From: Octopus sinensis
Lineage: Eukaryota
Reading direction: 5' to 3'
Assembly (NCBI RefSeq): GCF_006345805.1
Contig: NC_042999.1
Coordinates: 84,692,001-84,756,000 of the forward strand
DNA: 64,000 nt
Shown: positions 35,790 through 49,200 of the stretch, one piece after another
Numbering within the stretch: position 1 is the stretch's first letter
Layout: each line of letters opens with the position of its first letter
The notes under the pieces: model-generated
Databases searched by the model: none
Told to the model about the DNA's origin: nothing
Seen by the model: only the letters and a program-made list of their open reading frames with translations
Made by a program: the position numbers and the translations under genes

Positions 35790-37628
35790 TTAATCTATGA
35801 CACTGCTTAGTATAATTTCGAAACTACCGTGAAAAAGTAAATATCTTTTCAAAAGCTTCTAAAGCTAGAACAGTTATTAAATGTGATACAGATAAAACAC
35901 TATTCAAGTATTATTGTTAAGTTACTTATCAAATTGTTGTGTGCCATATAGTCCGAAATAAATATATGGAACCAAGAGAACTCCCTCATATTATTTGTGT
36001 TACAAGGCTGCATTTTATTAATTCAATCTCTGTCAATAATGACATTACAGAAAAAGAAACCACAACTCTGTCAATGAATCCTGAATCAAGAAAAAGAAAA
36101 TAATTTCCTTTGATTATCAGAGGTGTTCTACCCTTCTCAGTAGAAAAAACATAACAATATTTTTACGCTATACATTTAAAAAAAACAGCATAATATGATG
36201 GCATAAACTATACTGAGCCGAAGCAAATTATTAATAATATGTATTCATATTTCTGCATTTCGAGCCGAAACCTCGGTGTTGATTTGGCTTTCTTCTGTCT
36301 ATAGTCAATAAGTAATTAAGAATAATTTGATCCAAATTAGTGTATCTTTCCCTGTAAGACATATATAAGACCTTATATTATGCAAAAGGAAAAAAATACA
36401 GAACCTATGTATATGTTGTAAAATTCCATTAACTATTATTTCCTCACTCTATATTTCGGTATTAAATGAAATGGGTTCAACTTTGCTTTTCATTCTGTCA
36501 GTGTTGATTAAATGCGAGCTTCAATTTTATAACACCTGTCTTCAGTTATCTGTAACTTGTTCATCGTGCGGAAAGTTATGGAATTTCATTGTCAAAATTA
36601 ACGTGTTTAGAGAATCATAGTCTGAGATAGTCACATATGAAATGGGTGGATTCAGAATTCTAACATAAATACACAGACGCCCCAAATAAAGTGTTGTCTC
36701 CAGGTCTAAAATACCCTGACATCGCGCCGGAAAACTGAAACTCTAAAACTTTAATAGGAATATCGAGCATCATTGGATATGCTTTCCAGATATGTCTTTG
36801 TGAGACATCAGTATTTGACAGATTCAGTTTTAGCAAAGATTAATTAAATAATTAAATTCATGAGATAATAAATATTACAGTCAGTTAAATCATATTATAA
36901 CCAAGATTTTAAGATCCTATGGTCATATGCATTTCTCAGAATAGAAAAGCGAACACCATTCACTCCACAGTTCAGTATATTCAAATATTGCCATCATGCC
37001 CTAGTTTAGCTTTAACCACTCCAAACTTGATAAATGAAGTACCAGCAACATATTTTTGTATGTTATCCAATCGATTGTATCCACTAATACCTCACAAACA
37101 GAAGTATTGCACATGTTTAAAAAGGAAATCAATAAATCGTTGGTTCTGTTCTTGTGATCTTGCGTAAAATTATCCATCTTTCATCTAAGGCTTATTGAAT
37201 ATCCATTTATCCATTCGTTATTAAAATTTATTTCTATAGAGTTATATCAATAACACCAGAATAAAAGGCTAAAAGGCACGAGGTTAATAACTGAATCCAT
37301 TTTAATATATGAACTTATCTTGTGTTGGCTACTATTGCGTTTAAACCGTAGAAACTATTTTATTTTAATGCTATGCTATGCATATATTATTTACACCCAC
37401 GTTTATGTGTGTGTGGTGGGAGACAGAGAGAATATGAGTTGTTTAGTTCACTGGTGATCGAAATGAATAGGTACGCTGAATAAGTGCTATAATTAGTCAT
37501 CCGTTAGGTTCCAAGATCACAGCTGAGGCTGGATCTAGGGATCCGTAATAGACTTCTGTATTAGTTGGTATATATTAAAGGAAAAGTACAACAAAAACCA
37601 AGGCAGAACAAGTATCTTAAGTACTTTA

Positions 37629-38230
37629 TAATAATTCAGGGAAAGGTGAGTTTGAAGTCGTACAACTGTTTCTGGAATATCCCGAGTGATAGGCTATCAT
37701 CTCTGTACACTGAGTATACCGTCATCAGAGACAAGGCGAGTATGTATGAAAGTTCCATACAGTGAAATTCGCAGTATATAAGGAATAGAATAGAAGCATA
37801 AAGAGTAAAAATAGATAGAATACAGACAGGAGATTAAAAGTCACAGTTCATCTTTTTCCAGAGGGTATGAACGTTGGTCCGTACATCTGTGAAGGTATAG
37901 GCCTTTAGGTATAATCCCAGGTAAATCCAGGTATAATCCCAAGTAATCCCAGATAAATTCAGGCAGTATTATGGCAGTATTTTGAATGGTGCGTTCATGT
38001 TGAAGTAATAGATTAAGTAATGGACTAACTAACCCCATTACTTGAACATGAGCACATCATTCAAAATACTGCCAAAATACTGGATGGATTTACATGGGAG
38101 TTTTTCTTTTTCATATATACTCACTTTGTCTCTGATTACGAATACCCAGTGTACAAACATGCTAGCCTATCACTTAGGATATCCCAGAAACAGTTGCAAG
38201 ACTTCAAATTCACCTTACCCTAAAATATTA
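37629..38230. repeat. ~600-bp imperfect fold-back made of two inverted copies of a Penelope-LTR-like repeat
   Basis: 37629-37752 pairs with 38105-38230 and 37964-38009 pairs with 38037-38082 (roughly 80-85% identity by eye); 37755-37905 is unpaired. Confidence 0.85.
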
Positions 38231-38835
38231 TAAATGACTAGAGATACTCGTCCTGCCTTGGCATTTGTTGTTCTTTTCCTCTAATATGTGTGTGTGTTTG
38301 CACACCACACCACATCATACCACCCTGCTCACAGTAGCACTGACCACTTCCCAGCACCTACACCATCATCCACACGTACGCGCACGGATATACACGCTCT
38401 TACATACATACGCACGCGCATCTTCGTTTTGGGATCACCACTACTTTATTATCTCCTCTTCTTCCTCATTGTTTTGTCCCTCGTCCGTTCACTCACAGTC
38501 TCATCTCTTGCCCGTCTCGTTTTGTAATGGTTTGGTCCCATTCCCGGCAAGTTTCATGCCGGTGTCTCCAGAGTGGGAGTAATATTATTGATAATGGCCG
38601 AAATTGCGTTTGAAACTCTGGCCGTTAACTGATGAGGTGTTTGTGGCCTTCTGTGTTTTCTGTTCGCCTGTGTATTTAGTATATGTTCGTCTCTTTATTT
38701 ACTACACGTTTTTGTGAATTATATATATATAGGTAAGTCATATTTTCCGTTTGTTGTCTTCTTTATATTTAATCTTGAAAATATTATTTATGTAATGCAC
38801 ATACACTTTAATTTTTTGCTTATATATATTCTATA

Positions 38836-38875
<40 letters not shown>

Positions 38876-38947
38876 TATGTATAGTATTGTGCAAATACAT
38901 ATATATATATATGTGTGTGTGTGTGTATGCACAATATTATACATATG

Positions 38948-38982
<35 letters not shown>

Positions 38983-38992
38983 GTATATACAT

Positions 38993-39046
<54 letters not shown>

Positions 39047-39049
39047 ATA

Positions 39050-39126
<77 letters not shown>

Positions 39127-39683
39127 GAAGAGTGAGAGAGGAGGGTCTCACTGAATCGATGTCTTTTTTATACTTCTCTAAAATTCTTATTTTCACACGA
39201 CTTGATGTATTTGTGTTCCAATGTAATTTGAGTATTCACCATTCTTGGGTTGGTACATGGAGACAGTTCAGAGTTCCCAGTTCTATTACAAAAGATGTTT
39301 GGTTAAACCGGCACCAATATTGCTCAAGTCATTGGAAATCACGGAAAGACAGAGTAACTAAGTTCATTCCTAATTATAGAAGACAGGCTAAATTGAATTC
39401 GTGACGCAGTAGAGTATGTTTTCTTCCTTTTTAAATGAGTATATATTATTCGTCTCCAACGGCTAGAAGTGCGTAAATGGTTAAGAGTGCGGATGTATGT
39501 TTCTGCTTATATATGTTGTCCTGTTACTATATATGCAGAGATATAGGTATATATTATATGTGAATATGTGTGTGTGTATATATGTATATGTATGAATGTC
39601 TATCTGTGTCTGCGTGTGTTTGTAGATTATATCCGTGTGTATGTATATACATATATACATATATACTTATATACACACCTACA

Positions 39684-39781
<98 letters not shown>

Positions 39782-40349
39782 CGCAGCTCTATCTTTAAAC
39801 AACTTTGTACCGATAGCTAACTGTCCAGGTATCTACTTTCGTATCGCTATATCTATATACATTTTTCCGTATTAGATCTCCTATCCATCTATCTATTTGA
39901 CTATCTGTCTATTTATCTATCTATTTATGCGCGCTTTCATTATTGCGCGTGCAATTTGAAATACACCAACGAAAATAGACCCAGTCATGTTTGTGTGTTA
40001 TTACTGAGGCACGCATAAAGATACAAGAACAAGTATATATGCACACATATGTGCGTATTTGTGTGTGAGTGTGTGCATGAATCTGTGTGAGTGTGTACGT
40101 ATATATATATATATATGCACATACACACACACACGAGAAAGATATACTACTACAGAAGATGTGTATACATATAACTAAATGTGTAACTCGGCGTGTGTGA
40201 ATCGGCTTGTATCTATGTATGGAGATAATATGGTGCGACATATTGGCTGAGATGTTAAATTGTGGTCATGTTCCAGGAAAAAGCTATGAAACACTTTACG
40301 AATTACTGTGTTCTTTATAGCTTGTGATATTTATTTATGTATACATATA

Positions 40350-40380
<31 letters not shown>

Positions 40381-40479
40381 ATGTATATATACGTATATGT
40401 GTATATATGTAAAACTACAAGGGCCTTAAGGTAAAATGCTTCCCTGACGAAAGGCACCAATCGCCTCCAAAGGAAAAAT

Positions 40480-42160
40480 ATGCAAAAGCTCTCCGTTCTT
40501 CAGATATTATGCGCCAGGCATTAGCTGAGCAAGAGTCATTTTTGTGCAGGGCGCAAAAGATTGTGCAGCAGCTGATCTGGCTACATCAAGCGCAAACAAG
40601 GAACTTTGCCCACCACTGCGCAAGATTACCACCATCAACTGACACCTTATGGTCTTCCCTATCGCCTGCAGAGACGTCACGCGAATATTTGTACTACTTT
40701 TTGGGATCCTGTTGCATCATAACAACAAAAGCAATTTTTTTCCTGAGAGACCTTGCTGCATGCAATCAAATCCTATGCATCGCACTCGTGGAAACTCATT
40801 TGAGCCCTAATATAGAGGATGCAGAAGTACACGTACCAAAATATACTACACTGCAGACAGACAGAAGAGAAAGGAGCCATGGCGGAGTGGCTGTATACAC
40901 TCCAGGTCTCACTGTCATACTCAAATTTAGTATGTGACACTCTAATTACTACATACGACAACACAATATAGTCATATGCAATACATATCGCCCACCGACT
41001 GCTCCAAACTACATAGGAAAGTTTGAAGATTACCTCACAAGAATTAAAGAAATCCTCATGAACACCACTTGAGCGTATTTCTTATGGGTGAATTGAACTT
41101 CCCCAATGTCAAATGGCCCGAAGGCCTCATGCTCTCAGGAATGATACATTGCAAACAAGCACAGGTCGATTCCCTGCTCCTACCTCGGCAATGCCCTATT
41201 CATGGAGCAAGTTGTACTCACACCAACTGGGGCGAATATCATTTTGGATCTCTGCTTTACAAACAATATGGAACATCGTTCATGATGTGAAAATGACACC
41301 GACATTAGTCTCGGAACACAACATAATAGAGCTGTCTATGTATGGGCCAAAAGTAGCCAGAGACATGCAGCCTAAAGGAAGTATCCAAAATCTCTCCAAT
41401 CTGAACTTCCATGAAGCTGACTGAAACTCGATCCAAAAAGATATCCTCAGCAGGACTGGCCGAAATGCCTCTCCACCCCAGACATTGGCATGAATCTAGA
41501 ATATTTCGTGTCTGTTATGCAAACCATATGCCATTCCCAGAGCACAATGCCAACACAAAAATGAACAAGATCCCAAGGGAGAGGGAGATCGTCATGAGAC
41601 GACGAACGAAGGTTGCAAATCGCCTCAGCCAACATTACAAAAGTAGCGAAAGGTACCGCCTAAAAACAACACTGATGAAGACTGAAAAAAGCCTGCAGAA
41701 ATCCTATGTGAGGGACAGAGCAGACAAAGAAGCTGGTTTATAAAAAACATGAAGTCAAACCCAAAGGTCTTCTTTCATTATGCGAAAGAAACAGCCTCAG
41801 TACGCTGCAAGATAGGACCCCTCCTCCAAATGAATGGCTCCCTCACAGATAGTCCAACGAGGATCAGTGAGGTACTGAGTGAACAGTTCAAAAGTGTCTT
41901 TACCACCCAGTTGGAACACAGACAAGTGAACAACTAGTAGATTTCTTTGCGGCCTCACCTATGACCAGTGAGACAGTTACAATGGAATACATCAACATTA
42001 GCCTAGAAGATATACTACTAGCCATAGAAGAAGTTGACGCAAAATCAACTGCTGGTCCTGATGATTTCCCAGTATTCCTCCTCAAATCGTGTAAGTGTGC
42101 CTTGGCAAAACCTCTACAGACTCTCTCCCAGAGTTTTCTTGCAAATGGCCCTCTCAGATA
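40480..42160 (+). mobile_element. Old CR1/jockey-type LINE fragment (AP endonuclease to start of RT)
   Basis: CIALVETHLSPNIEDAEV, TDRRERSHGGVAVY, FLMGELNFPNVKW, VSEHNII, KSNPKVFFHYAK, TAGPDDFPVFLLKSC; many frameshifts. Confidence 0.85.
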
Positions 42161-42267
42161 TGCCCTCAACTGCCCAGATAGCCTCCTTTGCTAGCTAGGT
42201 AGGCGATACGAAAGTCTCGCAGAAAATACAGAACCCCAGCGCTGTTGCACACCTGCAGCAGGAATTA

Positions 42268-42520
42268 GGAGTGAGAAAGTTTACGTTTATGGATATGGAA
42301 AGTTCTATCTCAAGGTAGAAAAAGTATGCAAATATAAGCATACGATTACAGAAGAAATTAAAAGGGAAGTATATGGGTAGACGGGTACACTCATTCAAAT
42401 ACTACATACATACATACATACATATATACATACATACATACATACATACATACATACATACATACATACATACATACATACATACATACATACATACATA
42501 CATACATGCATACATACATA
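42268..42520 (+). repeat. Unclassified ~135-bp repeat followed by (ACAT)n; inverted partner at 44039-44235
   Basis: gtgagaaagtttacgtttatgg...cattcaaatact vs the reverse complement of 44100-44235, about 80% by eye. Confidence 0.8.
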
Positions 42521-42529
42521 TGTATGTAT

Positions 42530-42830
42530 CGTCATAGAGGTCAGCTGCCCTACAGCTATAAATATCTCTTTGAAAAATCAAAGAAAAGAGGATATCTATG
42601 GACAACTGCTTCGAAACCTCCAGCTTCTATATCCAGACTATGAATTCATATTCATACCAATAATAATTGGAGCACTAGGTTTGGTTAGTAAATGCTTAAA
42701 GGGAATCTGGATTGACTTGGATTTTCACAAAGAGAAATCGACCGGCTAATTCGTGGATCACAAGTGCAATCTGTGATTGGAAGAGTAAAAATATGCAAGA
42801 CTTTTCTGAAGTTCCAAATGTGAGTTTGTT
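42530..42830 (+). mobile_element. RLE-type (R4/NeSL-like) LINE C-terminal fragment
   Basis: EVSCPTAINISLK...YGQLLRNLQLLYPDYEFIFIPIIIGALG...VKICKTFLKFQM*. Confidence 0.75.
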
Positions 42831-43123
42831 CGTGTTAACTACATCTCAAAGATGGAGCCTTGTATCTTTGTTGGAAACCGGCGCAAGATCCAAGGATCGA
42901 GGTGCAAGAAGAAAGTGTGCTTCAAGCAATCTTTAGTAACTATTAAAAAAACTTTCAGGAACAATAGTGGTTTATAGGTGCGGAAGGTTGTGACTTTTTT
43001 TCTGTATCGAAGTACGATAACCAGGAAAAAGTCATTATATAGTTCACGGCTAGCAGCCAGGGTTGGCAGGTATGCGAATAAAAAAGCAAGAGGTAAGAAA
43101 TGGAATAGATAAAATCCGCGTTA

Positions 43124-43300
43124 CATATATTTCGTAGCGAACGGAATCTCGGAAATGGTAAATATCCCAGCGAGGAGTTTGTCGCAGGCTATTCTTCATG
43201 TTCAATGACACTTCATATAATAGAGATATCTTTGCCCTGCGGTATACACCTCACTTGGATATTTGCCACTTCCGAGGTTCAGCGCGCTATGAAACATAGG
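43124..43300. repeat. ~175-bp imperfect hairpin (old MITE or structured element)
   Basis: 43124-43192 is the reverse complement of 43232-43300 at roughly 75-80% identity by eye. Confidence 0.75.
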
Positions 43301-44038
43301 AAGCCCAGATTTTATCTACTCCAATACTTAACTGTTGGATTTTTATACACATACACACACGCACACACGCACACACACACACGCACACACAAACGCACAC
43401 ACACACACACACACGCACACACACGCACACACAAATGTACTCGGACAAACAATCAAACAGACAGAGCAGATATAGGGGAGTTTGTGTATGTATGTATATA
43501 GAGTCACACATACGCGTGTGTGGCTTAAGTATGTATATAAGTGGTGACCACCAAAGTTGTTGGATTAAGAGTGTGAGGAGAACGAAAGGTTTATAAGGTC
43601 ATCGAGATAAAGGAATAATCGTAGAAAATTGGGGTTAAGTATTGGTCGTCTCATTTCTCAGGCGTTGTGTTCTTGAGTTGTGTTCTTGAGGTGAGCGCAT
43701 TGACGCACACTCCAACTAAAAAACACAAAACACAAAAACACCTCAGAAATGAGATGACCAAATACTTACTTCAGTATTCTCCGATTCTTCTCTTGTCTGT
43801 TAGTCAATCTGGATGATCTCAGAAATCTTATATATACACACATACGCAAACACTCCTATCTCTCGTCTCTTTGCAGAGTACATTTATATACGGGCATATG
43901 TTTATGTGTATATATATATATATATAAATATGAGTGCGTGCGTTTGTGTGTGTGTATGTGTGTATACATGTGGATGTTCATATATATATATATATATATA
44001 GATATATATCCATATATATATATAAGTATGTATGTATT

Positions 44039-44065
44039 ATGTATGTATGTATGTATGTATGTATG

Positions 44066-44096
<31 letters not shown>

Positions 44097-44235
44097 GTAA
44101 GTATTTGAACGATTGTACACGTTTACCCAATTACTTTCTTTTTAATTACTACTCTAAGCGCATGCGTATATTTCCATACATTTTCTACCTTGGGATAGAA
44201 CTTACCATACCCATCAACGTAAACTTTCTCACCCA
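44039..44235 (-). repeat. Inverted partner of 42268-42520 with (TATG)n
   Basis: See 42268-42520. Confidence 0.8.
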
Positions 44236-45020
44236 TAACGCCTGTATATTCTGAAAATGTAACTTCCTCGAATAAGGTGCACTTCATATTCAAAACTCTG
44301 ATGAAGATATAGGATGATATCGTGGTACTCAACTAAGAGTCCACCTCATCCTATAGCAAACATGCACACACACACACACACACACACTCTCTCTCTTTCG
44401 CTCCCTTTCTCTCTCTCTCACACACACACGCACATACAGACACACACATATTTCGAATAAAGTGGAGAAAATAGAGTTGACAAATCTTAATTGCTTTTCA
44501 AACCTACTTTCAAACATCGTCTCATATTTCACAGGTTAATTTGCCGTAATATTTTAGAGATAGATTTTGACACGATGTCACAAGGAAAGAAAGTCATGGG
44601 AGTTTTAATAATGATAATTACGAAAAGTGTTAATCTGGCAGCATGCTAAACAAATACAGCGGTTGTATAAGAGCACTGCTAATAGGCCTAATTATAATTT
44701 TGGATAATTTTTACACTGTGATCGTGGCAGAGAATTTAAAATATTTTCTATTCCTGTCTGTTTCATTCCTTATTTTCTGACACGTAAACCTATTTACTAA
44801 TTATCGATGGAGTAAGCAGCGTATTCTCCATTAAGGAATGTGTTATAAGCTATACCCTTTCAAAAACTAGAAATCTTTTGGCCTTTGCTGCGATCTCTAC
44901 TTCAATACACAAGGCAAATATAAACAAATGACTTTATCCAAATATATTCTCTAGAGACAAATACGGAGATTAGCCAGAGCAGTCCCGGCTTTACCTGGAA
45001 ATCTTATGGTGAGACACGTA

Positions 45021-45508
45021 CCGTAAATCCTCAAGTATAATCCGCATTTTTTTCCCTAGTGCGTACCATATACGAGGTTAAAAATGAAAAATATTTTCTA
45101 AGCAATGTCCGAGTCTCTATTTGCTGACCGGCAATGTTTATTCAGACGCATTTTGTGATATCGGGCGCGAAAATACATTAAGCTAAGCCTGAAAGCAATG
45201 AAGTCATAAAAGAATCATCCTAACTTGAAATAAGCAACATTTATTAAACACTATTATTGTTATTTCTTTATTTTCTGCAAACAAAATTCACAAAAATGCT
45301 ACACATTTGCATTATGTTATATATACAATAATAATACAGGACGTTACCGTATTCATTTTTACAAACCAAGGATGTTATATAGACCTCCTTGACTCAAGTT
45401 AGAGAAGGGGTGCGTATTATACACAAGGTTTAGGTTTTTCAGAGGTACAGCCCCCAAAAATCCATAGCGTATTATACTCAAGGGCCGACTATACTCGAGG
45501 ATTTACGG
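45021..45508. mobile_element. Non-autonomous pogo/Tigger-type DNA transposon (MITE), 488 bp
   Basis: TIR ccgtaaatcctc(a/g)agtata at both ends; TA at 45019-45020 and 45509-45510; subterminal gcgtattatac repeats. Confidence 0.88.
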
Positions 45509-45832
45509 TATACATTTTTGTGCATCCGCGGAGAAATATAGCATATACCTATTTATGTAGTCACATCAGATAATGACTTCAATAAATTGATAAAACTCGT
45601 TGGCATCTAGATCAAGCATATTACTAATGATACAGCAGAAAGATTATTTTGAATATTGAATATATATTATAAGAAATGTCCCATATGGTTAATCAAAAAC
45701 ATGAAAAGATTTAAGCAAAAACATGTCTACAAATCTCTCTTTAAACAGAAAGAGTGGTATTCGGGGTATAAGTTCAAATCACTTGAGCGCTACGAAGTAT
45801 TTTCCATATTGAAAATTTCTGTATCTCATCTA

Positions 45833-45901
<69 letters not shown>

Positions 45902-45937
45902 TTCTCCCTCTCTCTCTCTACACACAGACTCGCACAT

Positions 45938-46001
<64 letters not shown>

Positions 46002-46400
46002 CACACACATACATATAGATACTTATATGTGTATCTCTATAGAAATATATACACACAAATATTTATGTATACATATGAAGAGGAAGAGAGAGAGAGAAAA
46101 GACTTGAAAGAGAAAGAGAGAACGCAAGCATAGTGAGACAAAGGCAAAGTTCGGAACCACTTTTCAAAAACGGGGATAAATGCGGAAATATCTTATCCCC
46201 GTGAGTAAACAAAGCATTAAGATGACAGGCGCGACAAAAGCTAGAAAAACAAGCAACAGGTCTAGTGCATCAAATATTCAATTTAGTTCCATAACCAATT
46301 ATTTTTGGTAAACAGAATCAGTCAAAAGGAATCTGTAATTAAGTAATGAAGTAGGTAAACAATTGAATTTCCTATAGAAAGGCTGTGAGAAATATGCTTA

Positions 46401-46452
<52 letters not shown>

Positions 46453-46782
46453 GAGAGAGAGAGAGAGAGAGAGATTTATAACAGGATCAAGAAACGAATA
46501 AATTTTTTAATGAAAGTAGAAATGCAAAAAAGCCAATTGCAAATAAGCGTATGAAATCTCACAAGAATTTGTGCAATATTTGGAAATCTTTTATCCTGAA
46601 TTCTTCAAATATTCGAAATTATGTCAGTTCGTTAACCTTCTGCCATTTGTTGAATCCTGTCGAACAATAAATCTCCACATAAAAAAAATCTTACGGAGAA
46701 AGTAAGTGCATCTCAAAGAATAAGAACATATGGCAATATTTTACGCGCACCAACATATTGATTCATTATTTCAACTACGTGA

Positions 46783-46909
46783 AATCGTTACTATATAATT
46801 TGTACTTGGAACTATGAGCCATCTTCTATTTCCATGTATGTTAATGTAAACTTATTAACTGTTTCTTGGGATGATGACATTTACTGGAAGCAAGATAAAA
46901 ACTAGGAAA
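46783..46909 (+). other. Candidate coding exon (donor only)
   Basis: 42 open codons (NRYYIICTWNYEPSSISMYVNVNLLTVSWDDDIYWKQDKTRK) ending at consensus donor AAG|GTAAGT in phase 1; acceptor is weak. Confidence 0.2.
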
Positions 46910-48031
46910 GGTAAGTTTCAGGGTTTTGCCTCAAACGAAATATAACATAGTGTCATTGTTGCTATGCAAATATGTAAGTCGGGTGATGAGCAGTCAAATA
47001 AGCTGTTGCAACTTGTATGCTACGCAAGGGCATCCGTGGGAGATTTAACTTCAAAATAACTCTTCTTGGAGCAGTGAAAATGACCTGGTGTTAATTCTTG
47101 GTTGTGCAATTCCATGTTAACTAGCGTTTCTTATCTATTTCATAAGAGCATGATTGTTACGTATTATGATCCCTCGTTTGTAAAGTAGTCATATTGAAAT
47201 AAAACAAATAAGCTGTGGTGATGGAAGATAAATCCCAGTCAAGCAGATTTGATTACCTGATTCTATTGAAGAAAAGGCAGGAAAAAAATCATGGAATCCT
47301 AAACTGCTTTTAGCTGCAGATTCATGGTATTATCTCAGTATCAGAGGCCGTTAGAATTACTTCAGATTTTATCGACGCCTTCAACTAAATGATTCGAAGC
47401 CATCCGATGTTAATTTATATTGCTAATGCTGTTGAGAAAGGCATGGATGTTACACAATCTCGTATCCTCGTTTTTCCTATATACTTAATTTCTTATTCTT
47501 ATATAGCAAAAATAAAATCGATATAATCACGAAGAAGCGTTAAAAAAAGTCAAAAATAAAATATGGCAGCAACAGTTCCGGTGTTGATTCTGTTGGTCTC
47601 TTCTAACTCCCTGATGTAAGTCAATATTTATTTTTACGCTATATACTTTGCATTTTTGTTTATTCTCATGCTCTTTTTCTCTCCTCATTCGCTTCTCTTT
47701 TGTCTTTCTTTCTTTCACGTATATTTTTTCAGCTCTCGATCTCAAATAGTTTCCAAATTATCAAGTTAAGATGTTTCTATAAATGAATGTTGAACGCTTT
47801 ATCAGATCAATGGCTATGTGTTCGTCATCGATTGTTGTTATGTCTTTTCTTTTATTCGTTCACTTTTATATTGATAGATTTCCTGTTATCTGATCATTAG
47901 ATGGTGATGGAACACCTGTCGAAAATTAAAGTTTTCGATAATCAATGAACAAATTACACACAACCAGCTACTTTCGCTCAGCAGAAATGAAAACGTCAAG
48001 TGCAATAATTCTATCTGTTCTTTGCAAACAG

Positions 48032-48079
48032 ATAAGACCTCCTCCAAAATTGCATTGCTTGACCAAGTAACTTGTTCAA
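48032..48079 (+). other. Candidate 48-nt symmetric exon
   Basis: Acceptor ttctatctgttctttgcaaacAG and donor CAA|GTAAGTA; only phase 1 is open (DKTSSKIALLDQVTCS). Confidence 0.3.
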
Positions 48080-48399
48080 GTAAGTATGAATGTACTTTTG
48101 TTGCTTCTTTGTTAATACGATATAGTATGTTAAGTTATTTTGTTAACTTAAGTATTTAAATAACAATTTATGATCAAATTAAAAAGTTCGGTACTCGAAA
48201 CATACGTTCCCACCGAGCAGCAATTTATTTTGAAATTGATTTGTTTGTTTTTTTTGTATTGGCTTATTGTAAAGAAAATATACACATTTTATTGACCAAT
48301 AATGAATGGGAAGCTGATGGTTTCAAGATCTGAATTTAGAACGTAATTGTATGGTTTTCCTCGGTTTATCTCATTCTACAATTGTAATGAATACAAGTG

Positions 48400-49130
48400 A
48401 GCTTAGAAATGAATGAAATACTTGGTGTGTGTCTTGCTGTGACTACCCCTCCTAAAACATTGGGAATAGGCCTGGCTCGTGTTCAAACTGCTTTTCTGTC
48501 ATTTTGAATCCTCACATTCGGCTCCCAATGCACTCTTTACCGACTCAGTCATGCCTACGTTTATACTTAATTTGCGCTAGCCTACTACATTTATTTACAA
48601 GATGGTTAATACTTTCGTCTCTTTCTCCATAATTTCTGTATTTGTTCCTTGACTGAATTTTATAAATGTCTGCATCAAATTCGTCCTAATGGCTTATTGT
48701 TTTAGTAATAATTAGTAATTCGGTTTCTCCTGTCAAGTTTTCGTCTGTCACCCACAACCAAGATTTTTTACTTCCAAAATCGCTTTGATGCATGAATTGG
48801 CTTCATGAGTTTTCCTTTTTTCTACTTTAGACCTTCTCATTTTCTCTTCTGTTCTTGAATTCTGTATTAATGACTCATTCCATATTTCTGGTCAGACATT
48901 ATTCTTTCTCTTCTATGCATACTTAGTTTTTCAAACCTAATATCACAGTACCGATGATGCATTCTGCCTTTAATAAATCTGTTTCCTTCATTGCTAGGTA
49001 AGTAAAGTCTGTCAATACTACTTTTAAGGTTGTGCACCTTATGTATTGTGAAGAGCTTCCTAGTTTTTCTCCCTAATTCCTGCGACTTGGTCTTTGTCAA
49101 TTTTAGAATAGGATCAGAATATCCTAATAC
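48400..49130 (-). mobile_element. Decayed R4/Dong-clade fragment next to an AAT array
   Basis: RKTRKLFTIHKVHNLKSSIDRLYLP, WLWVTDENLTGETE; (AAT)n at 49131-49198. Confidence 0.75.

Positions 49131-49200
<70 letters not shown>

Noticed and set aside
38590-38650. GAAA ... CTGATGA as a type II hammerhead
   Set aside because: Stems I and III cannot be formed and stem II has only 2-3 bp.
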